From Hormiphora californensis (lineage: Eukaryota > Animalia > Ctenophora), in NCBI GenBank assembly GCA_020137815.1, contig CM035361.1, forward strand, positions 2,666,001 through 2,730,000: a DNA stretch of 64,000 nt, written 5' to 3'. Made by a program: the position numbers and the translations under genes. Below are positions 63,667-64,000 of this stretch, in pieces. Numbering within the stretch: position 1 is the first letter of the stretch; each line of letters starts with the position of its first letter. Below the pieces are notes generated by a model that saw only the letters and a list, made by a program, of their open reading frames with translations, searched no databases and was not told where the DNA came from.

Positions 63667-64000
63667 TGATGATCTTTAGTGAAGTACCATAATGAACCCA
63701 GTTATAACTGTGAGATAAGCATGGTCACTTGTTATAAATGCACTCTTCATGTGTTTACAATCTATATCATTGCTACTTTACATCACCCCCCCCCTCCAAG
63801 CTTGGAGTAATCCCACTAACAAGCAAACCGGTTTCCATGGGAATTCACGATAATGTATAAAGCACTTATTTCTCCATTCAATCATTGCATAAAATTAGAA
63901 TTCCCTCTGCAGCAGCCATCAGCTTCCTTAATTTTTACTCTCTAATTGCATTTCAATCTTCGGAATTTATAAAGGTAGATTTCCTCCTTTTCCTTTTTAA

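Overview
Eukaryotic (animal) genomic DNA: AT-rich, GT-AG introns, dense in non-autonomous DNA transposons and microsatellites. From memory, translations of the 109-bp MITE resemble artefacts in Pleurobrachia gene models, so a ctenophore is likely, but this is unverified. Two genes are well supported by manual exon assembly: a Smaug/SAMD4 RNA-binding protein (+, ~190/683-7554) and a large Dbl-homology RhoGEF with no apparent PH domain (+, 38164-47988); each needs one frameshift. Weaker calls are a minus-strand signal-peptide/membrane protein ending in a PDZ ligand (49312-57615, partly disrupted), a degraded GPCR-like gene (~25.4-33.2 kb) and orphan exons. Repeats include hAT-, pogo-, mariner-, Harbinger- and Chapaev-type non-autonomous elements, Helentron-type elements, a degenerate tRNA, a 1.9-kb 32-bp satellite and a 100-N gap flanked by low-quality sequence. 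The most unusual signal is two non-coding mobile families with dissimilar interiors and no TSD or simple TIR. Both have an A...A'-TATA-B...B' layout, i.e. an internal inverted copy of their own circle junction ~180 bp from the left end, and one occurs as a head-to-tail dimer. Also notable are a 1.34-kb near-perfect foldback just 3' of the Smaug stop codon and recurrent tandem duplication of splice-site sequence. Most entries in the ORF track are repeat-derived and spurious.
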